A stretch of 64,000 nt of DNA from Eledone cirrhosa (taxonomy: Eukaryota), in contig OZ024742.1 of the NCBI GenBank assembly GCA_964016885.1, forward strand, positions 230,578,001 through 230,642,000. Direction: 5' to 3'. Positions within the stretch are counted from its first letter, which is position 1, and each line of letters starts with the position of its first letter. The translations under genes and the position numbers were made by a program. Of the stretch, positions 13,477 to 25,990 are shown in pieces. The notes beneath the pieces were generated by a model that did not search any database, was not told where the DNA came from, and worked only from the letters and a program-made list of their open reading frames with translations.

Positions 13477-13665
13477 ATAGGAACAAGTAAGACCCCGACG
13501 GCTGAGCTCAAGCCGTTTCGACGACTAATTCGAATTAGCCGTCGAAACGGCTTGAGCTCAGCCGTCGGGGTCTTACTTGTTCCTATTACCCACTCTACTA
13601 CCCTAAGTATTGAGTACTTTGGTGTGTTATGGTCCACCTGGTTCCTTACCACATTTCCTTCGTTA
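13477..13665 (+). mobile_element. PLE-terminal family A, 110-bp palindrome plus tail
   Basis: 13477-13586 is a zero-spacer palindrome with 1 mismatch; tail to TTCCTTCGTTA; (TA)n both sides. Confidence 0.85.
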
Positions 13666-14674
13666 TATATATATATATATATATATTTAGAGAATCAGGA
13701 CAATCTTATAGCTGCATTTACATATAGTTGCATGTGTGATAGTGTCTTGCTTGTATAGAACCATACATGTATTTGTCTAGCTGTTTAATGAATATGTTAA
13801 TGTAGTAAGCACCGGAGATGCAATAACACAACACAACACACGACTGAATAAACACCATAATGTCTGACATTGCTTCCGATCCTGATGGCCTGATGGCGGT
13901 TCTTAAAAATATCGTGATTAACGAGGATATAAAACGGGATCTATGCCTGCAAATATTTGTGCCTAAACCCGTTTGTTATCCTTGTTAATCATGTAACTTT
14001 CTTCAGCACCACACCCACGTTTGATAATCCTGTTCAGAAGTGGAGCAGAGAACACCCGGCACTACCGAGAAGACAACGCACTGAAGCTCTTTGTTATTGC
14101 TGATCCAATCATTTCTCGAAGTATAAAAAACAAAGTATTATTATCATAAAAAACAACATGCACCTTAAGCACTTTTCTTGCTAGAGCTGTTACCTCACTG
14201 GAAGCCTCCCACATACACAGCACACACCGAACACCTCTCTGCAATGTTTAAATAGACAACGCAATACCCTAAATGATTAACCAAGCAACCTTTACTGAAA
14301 TCTGCATGAAGCATGTACGTAGCACAGAGCACTTTATCATACATTTCCTTGTAGTATAGTTGAATTTAAATGCACCAACGTCAATTTACATGTTTTGTTT
14401 ACCTATATTTAGCGTATTTTGCATAGTTACTATTGATTATGTGTTTTTCATACGAGTACAACGCATTGGAATAGAAGAATCAGAAATGTGATTGTAGGAT
14501 GCATTCAATACATCTCTGCGAGATTTCTGACATCATAGATAAGATATGTTTTCAAGAAGCAATCAAGTGTTTTTGGTTTTGCCTTGTTTTGTTGTTTTTT
14601 TTCATAGGTTTTCACCAAAATTAACTATACTATACATTTCTGTAATAAATAACATTGGCTCTAAGCTATACACA

Positions 14675-14813
14675 GACGGTACAAATATATCTAGCTGTCA
14701 AAACGGCTGGAACTCAGCCGTCGGGGTTCTGACTCTTTTCCTATTACCCACTCTACTACCTTAAGTATCGAGTATACTGGTCCACCTGGTTCTGTAACAC
14801 ACTTTCTTTTTTA
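14675..14813 (+). mobile_element. PLE-terminal family A, diverged copy
   Basis: TAGCTGTCAAAACGGCTGGAACTCAGCCGTCGGGG...CCTATTACCCACTCTACTACC. Confidence 0.7.
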
Positions 14814-14831
14814 TATATGTATATATATATA

Positions 14832-14833
<2 letters not shown>

Positions 14834-14884
<51 letters not shown>
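14834..14884. repeat. (TAG)n microsatellite
   Basis: Pure trinucleotide run. Confidence 0.95.
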
Positions 14885-14885
<1 letters not shown>

Positions 14886-15030
14886 AGATTAAAACTTTAA
14901 ACAAATAATTGCTGCTCTCACCCTAACTGGGACCATCTGAAATTGAGAAGAATCAAACTGTAGAAACAGAAGTAAATATTTCAAGAAAACTATGACCAAA
15001 TATTGCATTTAGGAAACAAGAACACATAAC

Positions 15031-15098
15031 TGTTTCTACGTTTGGCACACGGCCAGCAATTACCCAGTGCATTACTGGTACTTTATTTTATCGACCCT
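15031..15098 (-). mobile_element. Main SINE, 3' fragment with 16-bp TSD
   Basis: TSD AACAAGAACACATAAC at 15015-15030 and 15104-15119. Confidence 0.85.
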
Positions 15099-15621
15099 AA
15101 GCTAACAAGAACACATAACAGTGGTGCGTGAGAAGTTCTCTCAAATGAGCGAAATATATACGAGGAGAAATATGTCGTTATGTGGAGCGAAGAGAACAAA
15201 TTCTTGCTATGAAAGAATCATATTCTTGCTATGAAAAATCAGGCAACTACAATACTTATTAGAATATCCGAAAACTTTCCAGCTACCATATATGGAAAAT
15301 GATATTAATAGTTGTAAATGATTAAACATAAAAATATTGAAGGTATTAACAACAGTAAAAGTAATAAAAATAATGAGAACATTAATAGTATTATTTTCGA
15401 ATTTAGGCTCATACATAAGTAACTGCAAATCGATGTGCATGCATGCGTAAAAGAAAATAAAGTGTATGAAATCCATACACACATATATATGTACATATTC
15501 ACATGTACACATGCACAATCATGCATATATATACCTATATCGTTATACATACACCTACAATACATATGTATATATACATACACCTAATATACATATATAC
15601 ATACACCTAAAAACATATACA

Positions 15622-15655
<34 letters not shown>

Positions 15656-15886
15656 CATACATACAGTTGTTTTTCTTTTAAAACAATCTCTAATTGCTTT
15701 CTACCCTAAGCTAAATACACCTGTTGACCTTTTTTAATAAGTTAGTTAGTTACAAGACAATAAGTTATCAATGAAAATTATTTTTCTAATATGGTTACTT
15801 CTTCAAAATGTAACAGTGAGATGAATCAAAACTAAACTTTCATTCCTGAATAATTCTACCTGTCAAAATTATTGAACTGTTATTAC

Positions 15887-16077
15887 AATAATTGTTTCTA
15901 TTTTAGGCACAAGGCCAGCAATTCACCAGTGCATCACTGGTACTTTATTTTATCGACCCCGTAAGGATGAAAGGCAAAGTCAACCTCCGCGGGATTTGAA
16001 CTCAGATCGTAAAGGGACGTAACTATGCTGGAAAGCATGGCGTCCGACCCTCTACCGATACTGCCAATCCACCGACC
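15887..16077 (-). mobile_element. Main tRNA-derived SINE (~190 bp), full length
   Basis: A box TGGCAGTATCGG, B box GTTCAAATCC, core GCCTTTCATCCTTACGGGGTCGATAAAATAAAGTACCAG, tail AGAAACAATTATT. Confidence 0.92.
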
Positions 16078-16101
16078 TTTTTGTAATAACACCGAACTGT
16101 T

Positions 16102-16286
16102 TGGATTGGCAGTATCGGTAGAGCGTCAGACACCATGCTTTCCAGCATAATTACGTCCCTTTACGATCTGAGTTCAAATCCCGCCGAGGTTGACTTTGCC
16201 TTTCATCCTTACGGGGTCGATAAAATAAAGTACCAGTAATGCACTGGGTAATTGCTGGCCTTGTGCCTAAAGTAGAAACAGTTATT
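16102..16286 (+). mobile_element. Main tRNA-derived SINE, near full length
   Basis: Same consensus; head-to-head with 15887-16077. Confidence 0.92.
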
Positions 16287-16601
16287 ACAATAATAGAATT
16301 ATATTTTCTTTAAATTTTCAGTTTTAAACTTAACTTAATTCAAATAAAAATGATTGACTGAGATATAGGCATGACATTGTTGATGAATATAATTTCATTC
16401 TTAATGCATTTCGTTAGTATATTTCGCGTGAAATATTCTTTTTTACTCATTTACTCTTTTCTGTCACGTGGCTGCGGCCCTGCTGTAGCAGTGCTTTGCT
16501 TTGATTTTCTTGATTATATCGTTTCCACTCCTCTTTCCATTCTGGTGCGTTTTATCCCCTTTAGTCTAAATCATGGAACATAAAGCTGACAAAACGTAAA
16601 C

Positions 16602-16649
<48 letters not shown>

Positions 16650-17872
16650 ATAAATATGTACACGTCGTACCTCTGCAATTTTCCCTTTTCCTAATTCCGC
16701 TGTCAACTCGAGGCTATATTAGAAGACACTTGCCTAAGTTGCCGAACATTTTACGCATGTAATTTTATAAATACTAAAGTATTTCCAGTATTTAGTAATA
16801 ATAATTACGTTTTCGTTATTATGCTGATGATTTAATCTTACATGAAATTATTATGAATATCAATACATACTTTTTCTTTGACATATTTTTAACGAAAGAT
16901 ACTGCTTATGTTTTCAATTTATTTTAAAGTAATCATGAATTAGAAAGATTTAGTAATTTTCTCGTTATTAAGCTGGTTTTTGGCACATAAATTAACGCAG
17001 GCTTTATATATAAAGTTCGGATTTTAGATCAATATACCTTAAAATAAAAGCTTTTTATTGTAGAACGGTTTGAGTTGTTTGGTATGAAATATGTTAAAGA
17101 ATCCACGAATCTGTACAAGACTATTTTGTTTGGTAAGACTATTTGAAAAGACTATTTCATCTAGTCTTTCGTCTTAAAATTGAGTTATTATTTATCACAT
17201 CATAGCAATCTGAATTTATATCTTATTTTTATAAATCGTAATATATCGTTACAGCCTGCTTAATATATGACTTACGCTGATTACAGCTTAGTCTATTTAG
17301 CATCGGTCATCGTTAAAACACTGACCTCAATACAATATATCAAATTCATGCCTTTAAGTACGAAATCGATTCAAGAATAGAATCTGACATTAAAATACTC
17401 ATTCTTTATCTGTTTTATGCAGCACAAAGTAACATTATTCCATTCTTATGGCTAATTCCTAGCTGTCTCTATTTTCCTTGTTATAAACATTTGACAACAT
17501 TGGTTTCAATAATGTCAACTAATATCTCGGACGCCGTAAAACTTGCTATCATATCATTAGAAATCTAATGTCATATGATGTATATACCATATGAGTAAGC
17601 CTCCTTCCTCGTGACTAGATTTATAGCAATATAAACTTAAGTGAACAGTGTCGATTTAAAACTGTTTCATATCCGGATCGCAGATATATCACACAATTTA
17701 AATTTGGAGCTGTATAACTCTAAGGCGACGTATTGAAAGTGTGGTTAGAACGTCGGATAGAACGCCTCGCAGCACTCGTTCCGGTTTTATATTTTCTAAG
17801 TTCAAATCGCACCGATTTCATTATTATTTTTCATTCTTATGTTTTATGAGTCCAGTATTGAGGCCGATTCTT

Positions 17873-17909
<37 letters not shown>

Positions 17910-20039
17910 GGAGACAAAGAATAACCAAATTATACTTAAAACATAATTGTAATTCTACATGTTTCAAGGTAGAGCGGCAGGCCATACCACGATAAATACG
18001 ACGTGTCTGTCCATTGTTCTACATATCTTCACGAATTTAGATATTGTTAGAAGTTTCTATTTATAAATTCTGAGCTCTGCGGCCCGAGCCTAACAGTCTA
18101 CAATAGAATCTCCAACAGCTGAGAAAATCGTCCTCAGTCGATTTGAATTACTGCTGTATCAATGAAACTGGATAGCATAGAGCTTCTCTCATCTTTACTA
18201 GGATTTATATTGGAAAACGCCAATATTACATGCATATACTATATATGTATATGTGTGTGTGTGAGCGTAGGTGAGAAAAATAAGAATGAATTGACTCCAG
18301 AACTGGACTAACCCATTATTTATCGTTCTCGACAGGAAGAAAAGCAAATTTGACCTTTGCGGGATTTGATCTCATAGTGTAATGAGCCGGAATATATACC
18401 AAAATATTTTTAATCGGACAGCTTATAATACCCACACCGAGATTTATATATAAACATGTTCTATATGCTTTTAGATACTTCTCTATGTATTTTTTGCTTA
18501 AAACGAATTTTAAGTTTCTTTTGTTGATGAAACTCAAGAAGGAATGTAGAAATTCTAGCAACTTTTTAATTTACTTTCAAGTACATATGTTTGAGACATT
18601 GGCTTACATATTCTATACACATGAACGAGAAATATATTCTGAATCAAATATTCAGAATAGAATCAAACTGCGTATATACTTACTGTTTCTTTTTTTTCTT
18701 CTTTTTTTCTTTTTTTTAGTTTTTTTAGTTTTTTTACTACGTCTATTTAATTATTTTCCTTTTTATAACAAGGTGTTTCCACTTCAGAAAAATTGTAAAC
18801 GTTATTGCATATCAGGCAGGTTTCTTTAACACACCTACAACCATAAAATATTCACTCACGTTTACGTTACTTCACACACAGAAAGACGCAAGTGGCTACA
18901 CGTACACATACACTCACACGCGGATATATATGTATACAACCGTTCAGTATTGGTAAACTGGAGATTGAGTACTCAGTACCACTGTAAAGATAAAAACGTT
19001 TTATTAAAGTCAATTCAGTGGCCTGTTATTCTCGGGTTTCTCTTGTATCTTTATAGGTTCATTTACAAGATCTTCTGAAGCATTTAAAATGCCATTCTTT
19101 CGTCTATAAAATTTGAAGTTAATTCCTTATATTAGTTTATTTGAAATTCCTTGTTTGACTTTTAATTTAATATAACATTTTTATGATATATCATTATCTC
19201 AAGTGAGAAAGATAATTTGCCTGGTGAATAATCGAAATATAATGGGAAAACTCAATTTCATATACAAACAACTTTAATAGAATACCCAAATATAAAAAAA
19301 ATCATTGTTAAATTTATTCATGTTCAGCAAATTAACTGAACATATAATATATTAAACTGTCAGTTCATGCCTGGTGCACTCACATCAGTTGTAACTATTT
19401 CGTTTACTTCCGATTGCCTGACAGTTAGATTTAACGCGACACAGTGTGTGACAAGACTGGTCCTTTGAATTGCAAATAAATTTTTCCAGCTGGGTAAACT
19501 GGGGTAACATGAAATAAAGCTTCAGTATGATACAGTGTATATGATAAAGTTGACCTTTAGAATTACAGGTACAAATCGTAGCTGTGAGGAGAGAAGCAGC
19601 GTGTAATATATTGTCAAGTACTCAACCTGCCGTGAAGAATAGGTTCGCGACAGGAAGTATTTGTGTCTGTGTGTGAGTGTATTTCTAAATGTGTCTGTGT
19701 GTGTATATATATATATTTCTATATGTATCTGTGTGTTCTATATGAGTCCATTTACTTGATGTATACCATCATTAGTAATATCTTATTTAAAGTTACTTGT
19801 TTCCAATTCTGAGTCGATCTATTGAAATTCAATAGTCAGCAATATTTTGAATCCACTTGAAAAATTCTATAATATTTTTATATATAATTTTAATAAATTT
19901 ATAAAATATATACATAGTTAAACTTACAGAAATATTTATTGTAATAAAAATGTCAGCAGCATCGATTTCCAATACGAGCATACATTTTTTACTAGAGTTC
20001 AGTCGATTAAACGTAACCAATACATAATTATTATTATTT

Positions 20040-20142
20040 CCGAGGTTGACTTTGCCTTTCATCCTTACGGGGTCGATAAAATAAAGTACCAGTAATGCAC
20101 TGGGTAATTGCTGGCCTTGTGCCTAAAGTAGAAACAATTATT
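20040..20142 (+). mobile_element. Main SINE, 5'-truncated
   Basis: CCGAGGTTGACTTTGCCTTTCATCC...AGAAACAATTATT. Confidence 0.9.
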
Positions 20143-20399
20143 ATTTATTTCATTGAGAACGGGAGAATGAAAAGCGAAATTGATAGTCAAAAATTTGAAA
20201 TCAGAAAGTCAAGTGACTTCATGAAAGTAGACTCAACATTTTTCTCCGGTGCTCTACCAATGTTTCTATCCGCAGCCTAAACAACGGTAAAGATGTTATT
20301 CGAAATAATTAATCTGGAATTACAATCTATTTCACCAAAACAACTATTCAGTAATAGAGTACGGTATATATATATATATATAGTGACGGAACATAATTT

Positions 20400-20455
20400 A
20401 CTGCTATATATATTTTGATGATAGCCATTGAATGGCTATGACCTCATCAGGCAGT
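20400..20455 (-). ncRNA. Minimal type I hammerhead ribozyme, family E (GAAA changed to AAAA)
   Basis: ACTGC-CTGATGA-GGTCATAGCCATTCAATGGCTATCATC-AAAA-TATATA-TA-GCAGT; within 20380-20520 copy of 9315-9482. Confidence 0.7.
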
Positions 20456-20923
20456 TAGTCATTTCTTAGATATGCCAGCTCTGTGTTTATGCTGTTGATG
20501 GTATCAGAGCCTTGGGACATATATATATATATAGAGAGAGAACGCCAGATAGAATGGTCTCTACTCTCTGAGGTGAAATCTCGCCAAGGTCAAATATGCA
20601 TTTCATCCATTCGAGGTCAATAATATAATACTATTCTAGTATTCTCGTTTCATTTCTTGCACTATCTATCCTTCGCTGGATAGAATGTTAAAAAAAACGC
20701 CGTACATCACTATCGAGCCACTACGATTCCATCAAGAGTTACAGGATCATGCCATATATATATGTATATATATACATATATATGTGTATATGTAAGTATG
20801 TATATCTATCTATATTTCGAAATATTTACTTCTGCGTTCACAGATTGATTTTTTCTAGTTTCAGAAGATCCCGTTAAGGGTGAAAGCAGCGATTCTTTTC
20901 TTAAACTTTAATCTGTTATTTTA

Positions 20924-20985
<62 letters not shown>

Positions 20986-21165
20986 ATTTCAATAAACCTG
21001 AGCTAGATTAATTTGGTTGAAAACAATTTCGTTTTCCATTTTATTTTACTCGCCTTAAGAAATAAGATCATTGGTTGCTCCCCCTTTTATCTATCTATCT
21101 ATTTCTCTATCTGCCGTAAATCTCTCTCTATCGCTATTGATATATATATATATACATATATATCA

Positions 21166-21216
<51 letters not shown>

Positions 21217-21228
21217 TATAGATATATA

Positions 21229-21324
<96 letters not shown>

Positions 21325-21870
21325 GATAGAGAGAGATAGAAAAGCGGTGTATGTGAGATTTGTAAATATAACTGCTTTTTTCTGTTTTACTGAAAACAAT
21401 ATCTCCGGAAATATGTAAAAGTAACGCTCGTGTTATAGGCAAACTATCTCTAATACACCTTTATTACAACAAATTATATTCAAGTATTATTGAATATATG
21501 GGAAATTATTTTAAATGTGATGGGAAAGAGGGTAGCTATTTATGGAGAAATAATATAAAAATCGCTCTAAGGGATAATTTCCTCGAAGATTAAAATGTAT
21601 GAAATAGGATAATTGCAGAAGATTTTGCACATTTACCTAACAATATAAACTTTACTATTGTCTGTATAGAGGTAACGAAACTCTAATATCAGTGTGTATG
21701 TGTATGTGTGAATTGCAAACATTAGCCAGACGTGTCAATATGTGCAATATAGTCCCGCTATAAATATAAATGGATCCATGTGACTGCAGTTCATTGGAAT
21801 ACTCAACAATATCTAATATGATGCTATTTTTCCTAAAAAAGCAAAAACAAAAACTTGTATATATTACATA

Positions 21871-22290
21871 TACTCTTTTACTCTTTTACCTGTTCCACCC
21901 ATCCGGCTGAGGCCATGCTGGGGCACCGCCGTTGTTGCTACACTTTCCATCTCCTGTCTGCGTTGGCTAACAATTGGTGTTAGAGGGAGTTCGTTGCTGC
22001 TGCCCTCAGGTTACCTTCGTACCATGCTGTGGGTTCATCCGGCATCCTGGATAGCAGAGTGTCAAGATGTTTCTTGAAAACATCCACGGCCACACCAACC
22101 ATGCAAATCTCTCAAATTTCTTAGCAGCTTGTTGAACAGTTAAGGGTCTTTGAACTCTAAGCTAGTGCAATATCTGCTTCTTATTCTAGGTGTGAAAGAC
22201 GGGACCTTTGGCACCACACAGTGACGTCCTTTTCGGGGGTTGTCCAGGTCTCAATGCCAAAGTTTGGTGCTAGTCCCTCCAGGATTTCCC
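21871..22290 (-). mobile_element. CR1/L2-group LINE 3' end (ORF2 C-terminus, 3'UTR, tail)
   Basis: EILEGLAPNFGIETW/NPRKGRHCVVPK...LFNKLLRNLRDLHG/VDVFKKHLDTLLSRMPDEP...RAAATNSL* with frameshifts; tail GGCGGTGCCCCAGCATGGCC...(TAAAAGAG)2. Confidence 0.8.
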
Positions 22291-22292
22291 GT

Positions 22293-22342
<50 letters not shown>

Positions 22343-24575
22343 CTCTCATTGTAGTGTTTTAGGGGCTACCACTTTTCTTCTTAGAATACATACACAAATA
22401 AAACTAGCAAAATATGGGATCCAAATACTTAGATAAGGAGGATGATGTATTATTGCAATATATAAAATACACTTTATATATATAATTAAAGTTTTTAAAT
22501 TATACACCTTGTTATGCAAAACAAAACAGCCATTTCAGTTACCTCCTGGTGTGTTTGATAAAAAAAATACCGATTCGCGCAAAGGTTTTCTGCTTTCTCA
22601 GAGAAATATTTATTTCGTAATGAACAGCCACATAGCTGTATTACTCTTGTTTTTTGTGCAAGCGAATAACAAAATGTTTATATGTGTTCTTTTCTCCTAG
22701 TGATACTTACAATTTAAAACTGTTGGCAGTAAATCAATCTTTGTAGGTTTCATAGTATACTGCATTTACATCTATGTTGTATTATACAGGATATCTTTCT
22801 GAGCGAGATATAACCGAAGCAAAACGAATGGAAGTTATATTAGATATAAAACACCGACGCATAATTATATATAAATATATGGATTTGAGGATGAGCTGTT
22901 TATTTTTACATAAATGTTTAAGTGTTTTCCACAGAGACACATTCAGTAATCAAGTTTTCACCAGTCTTTAATGTGTCATATTTTAATAGGAAGTTCATTA
23001 AATACTTTTCAAAGATATGTTTTAATACATATATTCATTCCTTTTATCTGCATTCTCCTATAATATTTGTGTTAAAACCAAATCTGAAATATGTCATTAA
23101 CATATGTTCAAGATTAAATAACACATCAAAATTAATTTGGCTAGAATGTAAGATTTCTATGTTATCTCTCCACCATGTATTAATGTTGAACATGATGTCA
23201 TGAAATATATTTTTCATTTTCTTTTGGAAGGGGAGGGATTAAGCGATAGTGAAGTATTTTATATAATTGTTTACACATATATTTACACTTCATTTTCTTG
23301 ATGGATCCTCCATTGATTTCGACGAGGAGTTTTCAGGTGTTCGATCAACTAAGCGACGAAATCGTGTAAGTGTTGAAATATTCCACAGACATTTGTACAT
23401 ATAACGTAATTTCCATGAAAAATCAGCGTGCAAGGATCGGACGTTTAACTTACAGGTACAGACCATATTAAGTAAATGTGTAAGTGGTTGAGTATCTTAC
23501 AAACAGGTGTAGCTTTTAACATAATTCCCAAGACGAAACTACGGGATACAATGTGTGTCAAGGCTGGTCCTATGAATTACAGGTTCAATCCATCAGACGA
23601 GATTCCACAAAGTTTCCGCGAACCCAATTTCATTCGCAAAACTTCGGTCGAGCTGTGACTATGGTAAATGATGCCATGCAGTAGCAGGCATCTCATTGTT
23701 ACAATCTAATCTAATCTGGCCGTGTTTACACTCGCAAATAAGAACCAGGGCCACCTCTAGGGGCATTGGATTTGGTGTACTTCATATTTGTTTCGGTTGC
23801 TGAATACAATCAGGGGTCGCTGCTTCTTCCTGAAGGTCAATAGTTCTCTTCTAACTCAAGCGGGAGCGCCTTTCCATTGTCAATTTGCATTGATCATCTG
23901 CAAAGCCGCATTGTTCTCAGAACCACTACACCAGTCTTTCGATGCGTGCAGTTGGAACTACTGCCCCCCATTGATTTGGCAGGATTTTTTTTTTTAGATG
24001 GCCGTTGACTCTTATGAGTTCTTCCGCCCTTTCTCAGTTACTCGACAATGCGACAGGTTGTATGGGTTACATACTACCAGTAGCCCTCGAAAGTGACCTG
24101 ACATCATTGACATCATTGTTACAAGTCTAATTTATTAATTACTTGACCAACAAACACGGACAGGTATATACATATTATACCTTGCATAAATATGGGCGCA
24201 CTTTGCACACATAAAATACGGTTGTCTTCCAGAGTTGTAGTTGATGAGGATGATGCACTTCAACCATATGCTAGTCTTGTTCTGATTAAGCAATTAAATT
24301 TAATTAAACTCTGTGTTAAGTACAGTGGCTTGTCCGAGTGCATTTCATCTCAGTTTCAATGGCAAGACAGCTCCTGACAGCAGATATATATATGTATATA
24401 TATAGTGGAAATAGGTAGATTAAAATATTCATGTATATAGTAACTAAAGTCCGTAGGGCGAGTTTGAATATAATTATTAAGTCCATTTACTACACCAGCC
24501 CATGCCAGGTACGTACGTTTCGTTAGCCCTGCAGCACAAGTTGTTCCACATGTACCAATGAAAATAAACCGATTC

Positions 24576-25009
<434 letters not shown>

Positions 25010-25424
25010 AGTATAGATACATAATAAACACCTAATCTCGAATGTTCAAACAACGACATTCTCAAACCTTTTGCCATTTGCTAAGAAAAAAATGTATATT
25101 CCTCTACAAATCTCATAGCAACGGATTTACTAAGACACACACACACACATACAGACGCACTCAAATACACACACTGATACAAAATTATACTCATACACAC
25201 ATACACATACTGACATGCAATACATAAGAGTAAATATATATCTGTGTACGTATGAACGAATGCAACTTATACTTCATTACTAAAACGGGAGTTTGCTATC
25301 GTTTTGGGAGTCAGGATTATATATATAATAGCTATCGTTTTATCTTTTAAACGATCAAGAAAAAGTGAATGATTGCGTATATATAAGTATTTAGATACAT
25401 GTGAATCTAAGTATGATTGGATTT

Positions 25425-25604
25425 ATATATATATATATAATATACATACATATATATCATATATATATAAATGATATATACATACATATATATATTATAT
25501 ATACATACATATATATATATGATATATACATGCATATATATATTATATATATATATAAAATATATACATATATATATATAATATATACATATATATATCA
25601 TATA

Positions 25605-25646
<42 letters not shown>

Positions 25647-25688
25647 TACATATATATATATATAATATATACATATATATATCATATA

Positions 25689-25730
<42 letters not shown>

Positions 25731-25774
25731 TACATATATATATATATAATATATACATATATATATCATATATG

Positions 25775-25808
<34 letters not shown>

Positions 25809-25852
25809 TACATATATATATATATAATATATACATATATATATCATATATG

Positions 25853-25893
<41 letters not shown>

Positions 25894-25990
25894 TACACAT
25901 ATATTATATATATAAAATATATACCTATATATATATATATATATACATTTATATATATGTATATATGTGTGATGAGTGTGTGTATATATA
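25425..25990. repeat. Higher-order TA microsatellite (~80-bp super-unit)
   Basis: AAAATATATACATATATA...TAATATATACATATATATATCATATATG recurs about 4-5 times. Confidence 0.85.

Noticed and set aside
13365-13758. Recurrent peptide [13 protein letters not shown] / [11 protein letters not shown] as a small protein family
   Set aside because: Arises from translating the palindromic family A repeat; conservation is better explained by RNA structure
16102-16190. tRNA genes at A/B-box motifs
   Set aside because: No cloverleaf; each continues into SINE body and tail with TSDs
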